A stretch of 64,000 nt of DNA from Gammaproteobacteria bacterium (GTDB taxonomy: Bacteria; Pseudomonadota; Gammaproteobacteria; UBA12402): contig JASFHH010000001.1 of assembly GCA_050123335.1 (NCBI GenBank), positions 61,209-125,208 on the forward strand. The letters run 5' to 3'. A program made the translations under genes and the position numbers. This document shows positions 8,832-19,144 of this stretch, one piece after another. The notes under the pieces are model-generated. The model ran no database searches, had not been told where the DNA came from, and saw nothing but the letters and a program-made list of their open reading frames with translations. Position 1 is the first letter of the stretch. Each line of letters starts with the position of its first letter.

Positions 8832-10280
8832 ATGGATAATGTTAAATTTGTTGGAAGAAAGACGGAGCGAGAATTGCTCAATCAATTGCTCAGCAAGAAA
8901 ACTTCTAGTTTAGTGGTTATAACAGGAAGAAGGAGGGTTGGAAAAAGTAGATTGATTGAGGAATTTGTCAAAAAGCATAAATGTTTTACGTTTGTAGGGT
9001 TGGCTCCGCAAAAAGAAACCACAGCGCAATCACAACGAGATGAATTTGCGCTACAATTAAGCCAACAGACAGGGCTTCCTGAAATTAAAGCAGATGATTG
9101 GAGCAAACTATTTTTGTTGTTAACAGAAAAAGTTAATAAAGAGAGAGTGATAATAGTATTTGATGAGGTGTCTTGGTTAGGTAGTAAAGACCACGATTTT
9201 CTTGGTAAATTAAAGAATGCATGGGATACTTTTTTTAAAAAAAATTCTAAATTAATATTTATTTTATGTGGTTCTGTATCGTCATGGATTGAAAAAAATA
9301 TTTTAAGTGGATCAGAATTTTTTGGTCGAGTGTCTCTAAAAATAACTTTAGAAGAGTTACCAGTAAATTCTGCTGTTAAAATGCTAAATTATATTGGATT
9401 TCGTAGATCTTCTTATGAAAAATTTATGTTACTGTCGGTATTAGGAGGTATACCTTGGTATATAGAATTAATTAATCCTATTTTAAGCGCTGAAAACAAT
9501 ATAAAACAGCTGTGCTTTTTTAAAGATGGTATTTTAACTGATGAGTTTAAAAAAATTTTTCATGATTTGTTTGGGAAAAGAGGAGAAATTTGCAGGCGTA
9601 TTGTAGAATATTTAAGTAATGGGCCAGCAGAATATAAAGAAATTGTATCAGTTCTTAATTATTACAGCGGTGGTTCATTAAGTGATTATCTTAATGATTT
9701 AGTGATATCTGGATTCATAAAAAGAGATTATACTTGGGCGATTAATTCTGGAAAGGATACAAGTTTAAGTAAATATAGATTATGTGATAATTATCTGAGG
9801 TTTTATTTAAAATATATATCCCCAAAAATCAATCAAATAAAAAAGGGTCAATATGCAGATTTATCAATAAATTCTTTGCCCGGATGGTCTAGTATTATTG
9901 GGTTTCAGTTTGAAAATTTGGTTTTGAATAATCGTAAACTAATATGGAACATATTAAAATTAAAGCCAGAAGATATATTAAATGATAATCCGTTTTTTCA
10001 ACATAAGACTTTGAAACAAAAAGGATGTCAGATAGATTATTTAATTCAAACGAAACATAAAACATTGTTTGCATGTGAAATAAAATTCTACAAAAACGAG
10101 ATTGGTTTAAAAGTTGTTGAGGATGTTAAACAAAAACTAAGTAAAATAAATGTCGCCAAAGGATTTGTTATTTTACCAGTGCTTATTTACGTTGGCGGAG
10201 TTACTCAAGAAGTTAAAGATAGTGATTATTTCTATTCAATTATTGATTTTTGTGAATTATTGAGTCTTGATTTATGGTAG
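8832..10280 (+). CDS. AAA+ ATPase (archaeal-ATPase / DUF234-like family)
   Basis: 'FVGRKTERELL' and Walker A 'GRRRVGKS' followed by Walker B 'IIVFDEVS'. SD 'ggagga' precedes ATG 8832; the ORF track starts at TTG 8820. Confidence 0.7.
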   Translation: MDNVKFVGRKTERELLNQLLSKKTSSLVVITGRRRVGKSRLIEEFVKKHKCFTFVGLAPQKETTAQSQRDEFALQLSQQTGLPEIKADDWSKLFLLLTEKVNKERVIIVFDEVSWLGSKDHDFLGKLKNAWDTFFKKNSKLIFILCGSVSSWIEKNILSGSEFFGRVSLKITLEELPVNSAVKMLNYIGFRRSSYEKFMLLSVLGGIPWYIELINPILSAENNIKQLCFFKDGILTDEFKKIFHDLFGKRGEICRRIVEYLSNGPAEYKEIVSVLNYYSGGSLSDYLNDLVISGFIKRDYTWAINSGKDTSLSKYRLCDNYLRFYLKYISPKINQIKKGQYADLSINSLPGWSSIIGFQFENLVLNNRKLIWNILKLKPEDILNDNPFFQHKTLKQKGCQIDYLIQTKHKTLFACEIKFYKNEIGLKVVEDVKQKLSKINVAKGFVILPVLIYVGGVTQEVKDSDYFYSIIDFCELLSLDLW

Positions 10281-10363
10281 TTTGTTTAGAGTTATAATGA
10301 AATAGTTTCGAGTATTTGATACTGTCGTGTTATCATTAACTCAATTATACTGAAGGTATCAAA

Positions 10364-11317
10364 TTGAAAATTGGTAACATCCAACTCAAAAACAATTTAA
10401 TTCTGGCGCCGTTATCAGGTATTACCGATCTGCCGTTCCGCAAATTATGTTTGCGTTTTGGCGCCGGTATGACTGTTGCTGAGATGGTGGATTGTAATGC
10501 TTGTGTGCGTGATTTGCGTAACACTAAATTGCGTTTGCGTTTTTGCGAAGAAGAAATTCCTCGTTGTGTGCAGCTTGTGGGAAATCGTATTAATGTGATG
10601 GCTGAAGCTGCTAAATTTTGTGAGGATGAAGGTGCGCAGATTATTGATATCAATATGGGTTGTCCGGTAAAAAAAGTTTGCGGTAAAAATGCTGGCGCTG
10701 CTTTGATGCAAGATGAAAAATTAGCAGCAGAATTATTATCTAAAATAGTTTCTGCGGTTAAAATTCCTGTTACAGCAAAAATGCGTCTTGGTTGGGATAA
10801 CGATCATCAAAATGTTTTACAGATTGCTCGTATTGCTGAAGATGCAGGCGTTTGTGCTATTACCATTCATGGGCGTACCCGTGCTGATAAATATAACGTA
10901 CCAGCACGATATGATTTAATTAAATTAGTTAAACAGAAATTAAAAATCCCAGTGATTGCTAATGGTGATATCAACAGCCGCGCAAAAATGTTAGAAGTAT
11001 TGGAGTTTACGCAGGCAGATGGTGTTATGATTGGCCGTGCTGCTTTGGGTAGGCCGTGGATTTTTAAAGAGCTTTTAGATGAAGATGTTGAAGTTGATCT
11101 TTGCGCTTTAATTACCGAACATTTGCAAATGTTGTATGATTTTTATGGAGAAAGAATAGGGGTAACTTTAGCACGCAAACATGTTGGTTGGTATTTAAAA
11201 GGCTATCCGCATGCAAAAAAAGTGCGTCAAGAGTTTTACGCATTGACATCGAAGGAGCAGCAGTTAGAATATATATCCGCTACATTTAGAAATGCGAGGT
11301 TTATAACTGACAAATAA
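10364..11317 (+). CDS. dusB: tRNA-dihydrouridine synthase B
   Basis: 317 aa. 'LAPLSGITDLPFR', 'DINMGCPVKKV' and 'ITIHGRTR' are typical Dus motifs. TTG start. Confidence 0.85.
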   Translation: MKIGNIQLKNNLILAPLSGITDLPFRKLCLRFGAGMTVAEMVDCNACVRDLRNTKLRLRFCEEEIPRCVQLVGNRINVMAEAAKFCEDEGAQIIDINMGCPVKKVCGKNAGAALMQDEKLAAELLSKIVSAVKIPVTAKMRLGWDNDHQNVLQIARIAEDAGVCAITIHGRTRADKYNVPARYDLIKLVKQKLKIPVIANGDINSRAKMLEVLEFTQADGVMIGRAALGRPWIFKELLDEDVEVDLCALITEHLQMLYDFYGERIGVTLARKHVGWYLKGYPHAKKVRQEFYALTSKEQQLEYISATFRNARFITDK

Positions 11318-11337
11318 AATAACAAAAGGAAAATCAA

Positions 11338-11718
11338 ATGTTTAATAAAAACAAAATATTTAATGGTTACTTCTCTGTCTCTCTAGAAGAAAAAAAGTCC
11401 ATACAACTTGTAAAATTTGTTTTAAAAAATAATCAAATCTATCAAAACAAAAAATGTATCATAACAAATGAGCCAGAGATTCGACAATATATTATGCAAT
11501 ATTTAGGTAAAGTTCATGAAAGTATAATCATAGAGTGCTTACGAAAATCCATTACCCAATGCAGCGTTGTTTACGGGAAAAATGGTAGCCATGTATATGT
11601 GTTGATGATGAAACATGATGTATTTGAAAACGAAATTAGTAAGCAATGTTTACAGAACGGGCTAAAGTATCAGCAGCTAATATTGCAGAATTTTAATAAA
11701 ATATTTGGGATGTATTAA
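11338..11718 (+). CDS. Hypothetical protein (occupies the position usually held by fis)
   Basis: 126-aa ORF 20 nt after dusB. I see no resemblance to Fis and no recognisable domain. Confidence 0.5.
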   Translation: MFNKNKIFNGYFSVSLEEKKSIQLVKFVLKNNQIYQNKKCIITNEPEIRQYIMQYLGKVHESIIIECLRKSITQCSVVYGKNGSHVYVLMMKHDVFENEISKQCLQNGLKYQQLILQNFNKIFGMY

Positions 11719-11811
11719 TCATCTTGCAAAGTACAATTTTGCTTCCAATTATTGAGATATTACAAGACGAGTGTATAATGTATTGTTTTAACGATTAATA
11801 GATAGAAGCAT

Positions 11812-13011
11812 ATGAACGACATGACTTTAAAAAAACATGCAATTATAAGTTCCATTATTGTTGTTATAACTTTTGCTGTGATAGAACAATTTGTCACTGA
11901 CTGTTATTTGCCTTCTTTGCCTGCAATTGCACATGCGTTTGCGGTTAACAATTCTTATGTGCAGCTGGCGGTTACTTTTTTTGTATTAGGTGCGACGATA
12001 TCACAATTTGTTTTTGGTCCTTTATCAGATAGTTGGGGACGAAAGCCAGTTTTTTTGTTGGGTATAGCTATTTTTTTATTTGGAGTTTTATTGAGTTTGT
12101 TTGCGCTAAATGTGCAGATGTTTTTGTTGGGTCGATTAATTCAAGGTTTTGGCATTGGTAGCGGTTATGCTATTGCTAGAGCAATGGCGCGCGATATGTT
12201 TTCCGGAAAAGCGTTTGCTAAAATGATATCATATTTAAGTATCATTATCATAATACTTCCGTTAGCGTCACCGATAATTGGTGGTTATATTCAACATCAT
12301 TTTGGGTGGCGTTATGTATTTTTACTTTTGCTGATTTTAGGAATAATTTTAATTGTTTCGATATGTTTTTTCCTTTATGAAACTCTTCGTGCAGAACATA
12401 AACAGGTTTTACATCTTAAAAATATTCTGCAGGCATATATGACATTGCTGACCAGTAGAGTATTTATTGTAAATACGCTGTGTGTTAGTTTTGTGACTTC
12501 AGCGGCTGTAATTTATATTACGATCACACCTTTTCTTTATCAGAATGTATTGCATTTATCACCAGTTGCATTTGGATGGGTTACCGCATCAGTTGCGATT
12601 GGTGCCGCGCTTGGAAATTTAATTAACACGCAGCTTCTTCGTTACTTAAGTATTGATGCTATTGTAAAAATAGGGATTACAATTGTTTTTGCTGCAGTAA
12701 TAGTTATGTTGATTTTTGCGCTGATGTTTTGGCTGAATTTATATGTGGTTCTTTGTCCAATGTGGTGCATTGCAATTGGTGTAATGTTGATTGCGCCTAA
12801 TCTTGCATCCAAAGCGATTGATCCTTTTCCGCAGTTTGCTGGTAAAACTGCGGCGTTATATGGAGGTATTCAGACTTTGATGTTTGCTTTTTGGAGTGGG
12901 GTTGCTTCCATGTTTCATACAAAAAATCAAATGCCGTTAGCGATATTGTTGTTAATATTAATGTTGTCGGTGGTTGGTATAAGGAGTCTGGCAAAACGTG
13001 GGATGACATGA
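11812..13011 (+). CDS. MFS transporter, Bcr/CflA drug-resistance subfamily
   Basis: 399 aa with 12 hydrophobic segments. 'DCYLPSLPAIAHAF' and 'GPLSDSWGRKP' are typical of Bcr/CflA. Confidence 0.8.
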   Translation: MNDMTLKKHAIISSIIVVITFAVIEQFVTDCYLPSLPAIAHAFAVNNSYVQLAVTFFVLGATISQFVFGPLSDSWGRKPVFLLGIAIFLFGVLLSLFALNVQMFLLGRLIQGFGIGSGYAIARAMARDMFSGKAFAKMISYLSIIIIILPLASPIIGGYIQHHFGWRYVFLLLLILGIILIVSICFFLYETLRAEHKQVLHLKNILQAYMTLLTSRVFIVNTLCVSFVTSAAVIYITITPFLYQNVLHLSPVAFGWVTASVAIGAALGNLINTQLLRYLSIDAIVKIGITIVFAAVIVMLIFALMFWLNLYVVLCPMWCIAIGVMLIAPNLASKAIDPFPQFAGKTAALYGGIQTLMFAFWSGVASMFHTKNQMPLAILLLILMLSVVGIRSLAKRGMT

Positions 13012-13099
13012 CTGGTAAAAAATAATTATCCAATTTTTTAAATGGTTACCTTTTGTTTAGACAAAACTCACGTTGATTTATGATTGCTTGCCCAATTTG

Positions 13100-13140
13100 C
13101 CAAAAACTATTAAATTATTTAATAGTTTTTGGTATTTTTG
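13100..13140. terminator. Hairpin terminator between convergent genes
   Basis: Perfect 15-bp stem 'ccaaaaactattaaa-tta-tttaatagtttttgg', followed by a T-run on the + strand. Confidence 0.6.
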
Positions 13141-13181
13141 TTAAGTTGATTTGCTAATTAGTGTCTGATAATCTAATATAT

Positions 13182-14999
13182 TCATTCCTGCAAAAGAACC
13201 CATTCTTTTTCATATTTTTCGCATTGTTGGATGAGTTTGGTTCTTTCTGCGCTTAGTTTTTGTAATTTATTTAGATTTTCAGTTGGATTAGCGCTTAATT
13301 CAGCAATGGTTTGCTCCAGCTCGGCAATTGCTTTTTGTTGTTTTTCGATTTTTCTTTCCAAAGTTTCTAATTGTTTTTGTAAGTTTTTTGGTTTTATCTT
13401 TTTTATTGGTGCTTTTTTAATATCGACATTTTTTTTGGAGAATAAATATGATTTATAATCATCAAGATCGCCTTTAAATGATTGAAGTTTTTTGTCTGCG
13501 ACCAGCCAATAATCATCAATAATTTGTTTTAGTAAAAATCTATCGTGAGATACTATTACAACCGCGCCATCATAATTTTGCAAAGCGATAATTAATGCTT
13601 GCCGCATATCTAAATCTAAATGATTTGTAGGTTCATCCAGTAATAAAACATTTGGAGATTGCCAAACTATAAGTGCTAGTGCAAGTCTTGCTTTTTCACC
13701 TCCGGAAAGATTTTTTGCCGGCATTAACGCCATATCTCCACAAAAATTAAAGCCGCCAAGAAATTTTCGCAGTTCTGTTGGTGTTTTATTTGGCGCAATT
13801 AACTGCAAATTTTGTAGTGGGCTTTTATTTTTATCAAGCCTATCTAAAGTATGTTGCGCAAAATATCCTATTTGTAATTTTTTGTTGCTGATAATCTCGC
13901 CATTGATTGGTTTCAATTCTTGAGCTAATAATTTAATTAACGTTGATTTTCCGGCGCCGTTTCTGCCGAGTAAAGCAATGCGGTCTTGAGTGTTTAACTG
14001 TAAGTTGATGTTATCTAAAACCGTATTTTTGGTATAAGCAAAATTAACTTTTTCTAAGGTCAAAAGTGGGTTGGCTAAATGTTTTGGTATTTTAAAACTA
14101 AAAGAGAAGGGTGAGTCGATGTGCGCGGGCATAATTTCCTGCATTCTCGCTAAAGCTTTAACGCGGCTTTGAGCCTGGCGGGCTTTGGTTGCCTTAGCCT
14201 TAAAGCGTTGGATGAATGCTTGCATATGCTGAATTTGTTGTTGCTGTTTTTCGTATTGCTGTTGTTGTTGCGCCAAATCAAGAATACGCTGTTTTTCAAA
14301 AGTTGAATAATTGCCGCCATATAAATTTAATTTTTTATTTTCGATATGCACAATTTTATTTGCTAATTCATCTAAAAATTCACGATCATGTGAAATAAAC
14401 ATCAATAAGCCAGGATATTGTTTTAACCATTTTTCTAACCAAATAACTGAGTCTAAATCAAGGTGATTGGTTGGCTCATCAAGCAACAAAATATCTGATG
14501 GCACAAATAACGCGCGCGCGATATTTAAACGCATGCGCCATCCGCCGGATAGTGCATTTACAGTTGTAGTAATTTCCTGATTAGAAAAACCAAGACCATC
14601 TAAAATTTTTGCGGCTCTTGCTTCTGCGGTAAAACCATCGAGATTTTGTAAGGTTTCATATAATTGCGCTATTTTAAAACCATCATTATTTGCTTCTGCT
14701 ATAGCTAATTTATGTTGGCAATCTCTAAGCGCGGTATCAGCGTCAATTACATATTCCAAAGAGCTTTTGTCGCTTTGTGGAATTTCTTGCTCAATGGTAA
14801 CGGTGCGTAAATTTTTAGTAATTAAAACATTACCGGTTAAAGGTTCAAGTTTGCCTTGCAACAATAAAAATAGTGAGGTTTTGCCGCATCCGTTTTTACC
14901 AACTATGCCTATTTTTTGTTTGTTATAAAAGGTGGCATTAGCTTTGGTAAATAACAGTTTCGTGCCGCGTTGTAATTCTATGTCTTGCAGTGTAATCAT
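13182..14999 (-). CDS. ABC-F family ATPase (YheS/Uup-like)
   Basis: 605 aa. Two ABC cassettes (Walker A 'GKNGCGKT' and 'GRNGAGKS', two 'LSGG' signatures), a Q-rich linker and a C-terminal coiled coil. No membrane domain. Confidence 0.85.
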   Translation of the reverse strand: MITLQDIELQRGTKLLFTKANATFYNKQKIGIVGKNGCGKTSLFLLLQGKLEPLTGNVLITKNLRTVTIEQEIPQSDKSSLEYVIDADTALRDCQHKLAIAEANNDGFKIAQLYETLQNLDGFTAEARAAKILDGLGFSNQEITTTVNALSGGWRMRLNIARALFVPSDILLLDEPTNHLDLDSVIWLEKWLKQYPGLLMFISHDREFLDELANKIVHIENKKLNLYGGNYSTFEKQRILDLAQQQQQYEKQQQQIQHMQAFIQRFKAKATKARQAQSRVKALARMQEIMPAHIDSPFSFSFKIPKHLANPLLTLEKVNFAYTKNTVLDNINLQLNTQDRIALLGRNGAGKSTLIKLLAQELKPINGEIISNKKLQIGYFAQHTLDRLDKNKSPLQNLQLIAPNKTPTELRKFLGGFNFCGDMALMPAKNLSGGEKARLALALIVWQSPNVLLLDEPTNHLDLDMRQALIIALQNYDGAVVIVSHDRFLLKQIIDDYWLVADKKLQSFKGDLDDYKSYLFSKKNVDIKKAPIKKIKPKNLQKQLETLERKIEKQQKAIAELEQTIAELSANPTENLNKLQKLSAERTKLIQQCEKYEKEWVLLQE

Positions 15000-15035
15000 A
15001 AAATTGCCTTAATTATCGATGTTACGCAAAAAGCT

Positions 15036-15143
15036 ATATGAGATATATGAATTAATTTTTCGACGACTAGCTCCCATGGATGGAAGAGCGGGAGGTACAT
15101 GGATGTACCAGGGAGGAGAAAAATTAATTCATATATCTCATAT
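15036..15143. repeat. MITE-like palindromic element (family B)
   Basis: Perfect 25-bp terminal inverted repeats 'atatgagatatatgaattaattttt' flank a GC-rich core with hairpin 'ggtacatggatgtacc' (15094-15109). Confidence 0.8.
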
Positions 15144-15166
15144 TTGTCAACTCTGCGTAATATTGG

Positions 15167-16342
15167 TTAAATATCGGATCGCATGCCAATTTTAGCAGCA
15201 ATAAAACAGCTAATAGCGCAGATCAATATTATCACAGCTAAAGGCATTTGGCTTGTATCTGGTAATATTGATATTGCGCTGCTTGCGATAAAGCCGCCTA
15301 ATATTTGTAACGTTCCCAAAATAGAACATGCTAAGCCTGCTATTTTCGGGAACGGAGTTAATGCGCCGGTATATGCGTTGGCAAATACTAAACCTGTTCC
15401 CATTACAAAAAACGCGACTGGTATTAAAATTACGTAAATGTTAAGCACACCAAGCATTGCAAACAATATTAAAAATAGCGCACTAGTTATCAACACATAA
15501 GTGGCAGTTTTTAACATACAATGCATGCCGAAACGTTTTACTAGTTTACCGTTAGTTAATGCACCAATGACATAAGAAATGCCTACAACCATAGCAGCCC
15601 AACCAAATTGTACGCTTGAGAAGTGTAATGAATTTTGTAGTAATATGGGTCCTAATGTTAACCATGCCAAAATACCTGCGTAAGACATAAAAATACATAC
15701 TCCATATGCTAAGTAATGTTTATTACCCAGCAAAGTTTTTGTATTTTCTTTAATGTATTTTGGTTTAACATGGCTTGCATCTTTGTGTTGATTAGTTTCT
15801 GGCAGCAAGAAAAACAATCCCAACACAAAGATAGTGTATATGAGTGTTGCAATAAAATTAGCGCGCCAATTCAAATAGTGTTGGATGTATCCACCTAGAA
15901 GTGGTATGCATGATAACACGGTTACAATTGTTGCAGCGCGGTAGGATTCAAATTTTGCTAAATCTGCTCCTTCAAAGCAATCACGCACCATTGCGCCGGT
16001 AACCGTAACACCAGCTGCAGCACCTAAGCCTTGTAATAATCTGCCAACAATGACCATCCAAACATTGAATGCAAGGCTACAAATTATGCCGCCAATTAAG
16101 CATATTAATAAGCCGATTAACAATGGAGTTTTGCGCCCGAACGCATCTGATGTAATGCCATACACCAATCTTGGCATACAAAATCCCAGCATGAATGCTG
16201 CAACGGTAAACTGCACTAAACTAGTATTAGTATGCAGCGCATGTACCATGTAGGGCAGTGATGGCAGATAAATGTCCGATGCTATCTGACCTAAAGCAGC
16301 TAGAAAAACGGTAATTAAAAATAAATGGATTAATGATTTCAT
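15167..16342 (-). CDS. MFS transporter, Bcr/CflA subfamily (paralogue of 11812-13011)
   Basis: 391 aa. 'DIYLPSLPYMVHAL' and 'ITSDAFGRK' match the Bcr/CflA pattern. Confidence 0.8.
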   Translation of the reverse strand: MKSLIHLFLITVFLAALGQIASDIYLPSLPYMVHALHTNTSLVQFTVAAFMLGFCMPRLVYGITSDAFGRKTPLLIGLLICLIGGIICSLAFNVWMVIVGRLLQGLGAAAGVTVTGAMVRDCFEGADLAKFESYRAATIVTVLSCIPLLGGYIQHYLNWRANFIATLIYTIFVLGLFFLLPETNQHKDASHVKPKYIKENTKTLLGNKHYLAYGVCIFMSYAGILAWLTLGPILLQNSLHFSSVQFGWAAMVVGISYVIGALTNGKLVKRFGMHCMLKTATYVLITSALFLILFAMLGVLNIYVILIPVAFFVMGTGLVFANAYTGALTPFPKIAGLACSILGTLQILGGFIASSAISILPDTSQMPLAVIILICAISCFIAAKIGMRSDI

Positions 16343-16579
16343 ATTTAGCCTCTTTTATTTGCAATTATAAAATAGAAATCTAGACATTGCGAAAAGCATA
16401 TATGTTTCGTGTGTAATTATGTCTAGTTAAAATAATCGCCCCCGAGGGCTAAATACAAATTCTCATGATAGTTACTTCTTTTTTAAGGACAAAAAACATA
16501 CATAGTTTAGCATAAAATCAAAAGATGTGCCAAAAATGATTGTCTAAAATGATTGTCTACATAACATGACTCTTGAGTC

Positions 16580-17923
16580 ATGGCTAATATTTGTTATAAT
16601 TTTTTAATGGGTTTATTACAATCATCTACTACAGACAAGTATTCGCTTAAATTTTCGCAATTTCTACGTAAAAGTATGTGGGCACTTTTAATCCTGATTG
16701 TAGGATATTTTGTGCAATATTTTATTAATGCGGTTTTAGCGCGCCACTTATCGCCAGCAAGATATGGAGATTTTTCTGTTGTATTGAGTGTTTCTCTGTT
16801 ATTAGCAACATTGGCACATTTTGGCAGTGCAGAATCTTTGCTAAAATTTGTTCCGGCTTATATTACTAAACATGAGTGGGGAAAATTATCAGGCTTTATT
16901 AAGCGGCATTTTTCGCTATTAATAATAATTGCTCTAGCAATTACGATTATCAATGCTGTGGTTATTGTTGCTTTAATAATTTTGCATAATGTCGGAGTGC
17001 TCAATATATATCAATATCATCCAATCCTTTTAACTTTTTGGATTATTCCTTTATTGGGCTTTTTAATTTTTCAAGCAAGACTTTTAAGTAGCATACAAAA
17101 ACCTATGTTAGGATTGATTTCGCATAAAGTCTTGCCTTATGTTTTATTAACTGTTGGTGCGTTTTTTTTAGTTGTATATTCTGGTGATATTTACATTTAT
17201 CCAGCTCTATTGGTTTTTGGGTTTGCGTTATTAGGAGTTGTCGTATTTCAGTTTATCGCAATTCGTTTTTATTTGCCTAGTAAAATTGATGCCGTCAAAC
17301 CAAAATTTGAGAAAAAACAGTGGTATTTTTTAGCTGCTAAGTTTTTGCTGATCGGTTTTTTATTTGATGCATTAGATAAACTTGACTTAATTATGCTAGA
17401 AATTCTGGGTCGTAAAGAAAGTATCGTAGGAATTTACGCAGCAGTTGTAACAATATGTGTCATGTTGCGTTTATTCGTGAACGGATTTAATTTTATTATA
17501 GCTCCTATATTAAGTTCAGCAATTAGTAATAACGACAAACAAACATTGAAAAACTTCGCGAAAAAATGCAACATGTTAATATTTATAATTGTTTTAGTAG
17601 TATTATTTTTAGTTATTATATTTGGAAAATTTTTATTGCGTCTATTTGGGCCTGAATATGTTATCGGATATTATCCATTATTGATTGTAGTATTAAGTCG
17701 GGCATTTAATTTTATCAGCATAATTCCATATAATTTATTGCGTTTTTCAAAAAAAGAAGTGGCTTTAATTAATGTCAATGCCATTGGTCTTGTAATCATG
17801 ATAACTATAGACGTGCTCACCATTCCTAAATTTGGTATTTATGGAGCAGCTTTTGGTGCGCTGATCTCCAGAGCCTGCATCAGTTCTTGGGAAATACTTG
17901 CTGCCAGGAAAGTCATATATTGA
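16580..17923 (+). CDS. Polysaccharide/oligosaccharide flippase-like membrane protein (MOP/Wzx-like)
   Basis: 447 aa with more than 10 hydrophobic segments. The general architecture fits Wzx-type flippases; the start codon is uncertain. Confidence 0.5.
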   Translation: MANICYNFLMGLLQSSTTDKYSLKFSQFLRKSMWALLILIVGYFVQYFINAVLARHLSPARYGDFSVVLSVSLLLATLAHFGSAESLLKFVPAYITKHEWGKLSGFIKRHFSLLIIIALAITIINAVVIVALIILHNVGVLNIYQYHPILLTFWIIPLLGFLIFQARLLSSIQKPMLGLISHKVLPYVLLTVGAFFLVVYSGDIYIYPALLVFGFALLGVVVFQFIAIRFYLPSKIDAVKPKFEKKQWYFLAAKFLLIGFLFDALDKLDLIMLEILGRKESIVGIYAAVVTICVMLRLFVNGFNFIIAPILSSAISNNDKQTLKNFAKKCNMLIFIIVLVVLFLVIIFGKFLLRLFGPEYVIGYYPLLIVVLSRAFNFISIIPYNLLRFSKKEVALINVNAIGLVIMITIDVLTIPKFGIYGAAFGALISRACISSWEILAARKVIY

Positions 17924-18099
17924 TGTTGCCTGTTTTTATTTATTGTTTCGGTATTAGTTGCTATAATTAAATAATTTTTTAACTTGTGTTTGATCAAAAA
18001 AATGGGCAAAAGAAAAAGCTAAGCAAGTTAAAAAAGATTATTTCAATAAAAAATGGGAAATGTAACGTATTAATCATAATGTTGAAAAGGGGATATATC

Positions 18100-18672
18100 A
18101 TGGATTATTCAGAACTATTAAAAAAACGGCGCTCCATCAGGAATTTTGAAGATAAAAAAGTTCCTTTGGAAATTATTCAAGAAATGTTACACGAGGCTTG
18201 TTTGGCGCCGAGCGCATGCAATACACAACCATGGCGGTTTATTATCATTCAGGATCAACAATTAATAAAAAGAATTTCTGATGAATCTAAGCGTTGTGGT
18301 TTGGCTATCATAGAAAAACATCCTGATTCTATATATTCCAAATTTGCAGAAAGTTTTAACAATCCTAATTATAATATTTTTTATAATGCACCAGCGTTGA
18401 TTTTTGTAGTTTGCGAAAAAGATAATCCAATTTTTAACATAGATTGTGCCAATGCAGCAAATTATTTGATGTTTGCTGCTACTAACAAAGGCTTGGGAAC
18501 GTGTTGGATTGGTCTTGCGCATCCTCTTGAGTATTCAGAACTGAAAAAAGAAATTGGTATATCGGAAAATTATCAAATAGCAGCAGTGCTTGCTCTTGGT
18601 TATCCAGAATCAATTCCTGAGCCAGCTCCGCGTAATGATTTGATTATTGTAAATTCTATAGGTTTTCCTTAA
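18100..18672 (+). CDS. Nitroreductase-family protein
   Basis: 'RRSIRNFEDKKV' and 'APSACNTQPWRF' motifs. SD 'aaagggga' lies before ATG 18100; the longer upstream ORF extension is unlikely. Confidence 0.8.
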   Translation: MDYSELLKKRRSIRNFEDKKVPLEIIQEMLHEACLAPSACNTQPWRFIIIQDQQLIKRISDESKRCGLAIIEKHPDSIYSKFAESFNNPNYNIFYNAPALIFVVCEKDNPIFNIDCANAANYLMFAATNKGLGTCWIGLAHPLEYSELKKEIGISENYQIAAVLALGYPESIPEPAPRNDLIIVNSIGFP

Positions 18673-18724
18673 ATAAAACCATATGCATAAAAAATCAATT
18701 ATTGTTATATAATTAAATTAGCAA

Positions 18725-19120
18725 TTATGGATGTTTTTTAACAAAATCTAAAAGATATCCCACGCTAACACTAACAAATAAAATGCTTAAATATCTTATT
18801 CCAATATTCATGAAATAAATGTTAATTGACATCTTGTTCATTGGTAACAATATTAATATATCCAATAACCAATTTATAAATAACCAGCTTATTCCAACAA
18901 CTACCCCTTCGCGTAAATAGTTGATGCTAATTTTTTTAAAATACAGTATTAGCAAAATTATTCCCGTCAACGAACCAATAGCTATCATAATTGATTTAAT
19001 CAAGAATATATCAAACAGTGGTTGTCCTTTTGAGGAATAAAGTAAAAAACCGGCTAAAAATGGAATTATCCATAAAATACACCCAAAAATAATTATTTTT
19101 ACGTATTTATTTAACATCAT
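18725..19120 (-). CDS. Small integral membrane protein, unknown function
   Basis: 131 aa with four hydrophobic segments. Confidence 0.55.
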   Translation of the reverse strand: MMLNKYVKIIIFGCILWIIPFLAGFLLYSSKGQPLFDIFLIKSIMIAIGSLTGIILLILYFKKISINYLREGVVVGISWLFINWLLDILILLPMNKMSINIYFMNIGIRYLSILFVSVSVGYLLDFVKKHP

Positions 19121-19144
19121 CGTTTTCTCTATTTAATTTTTAGA

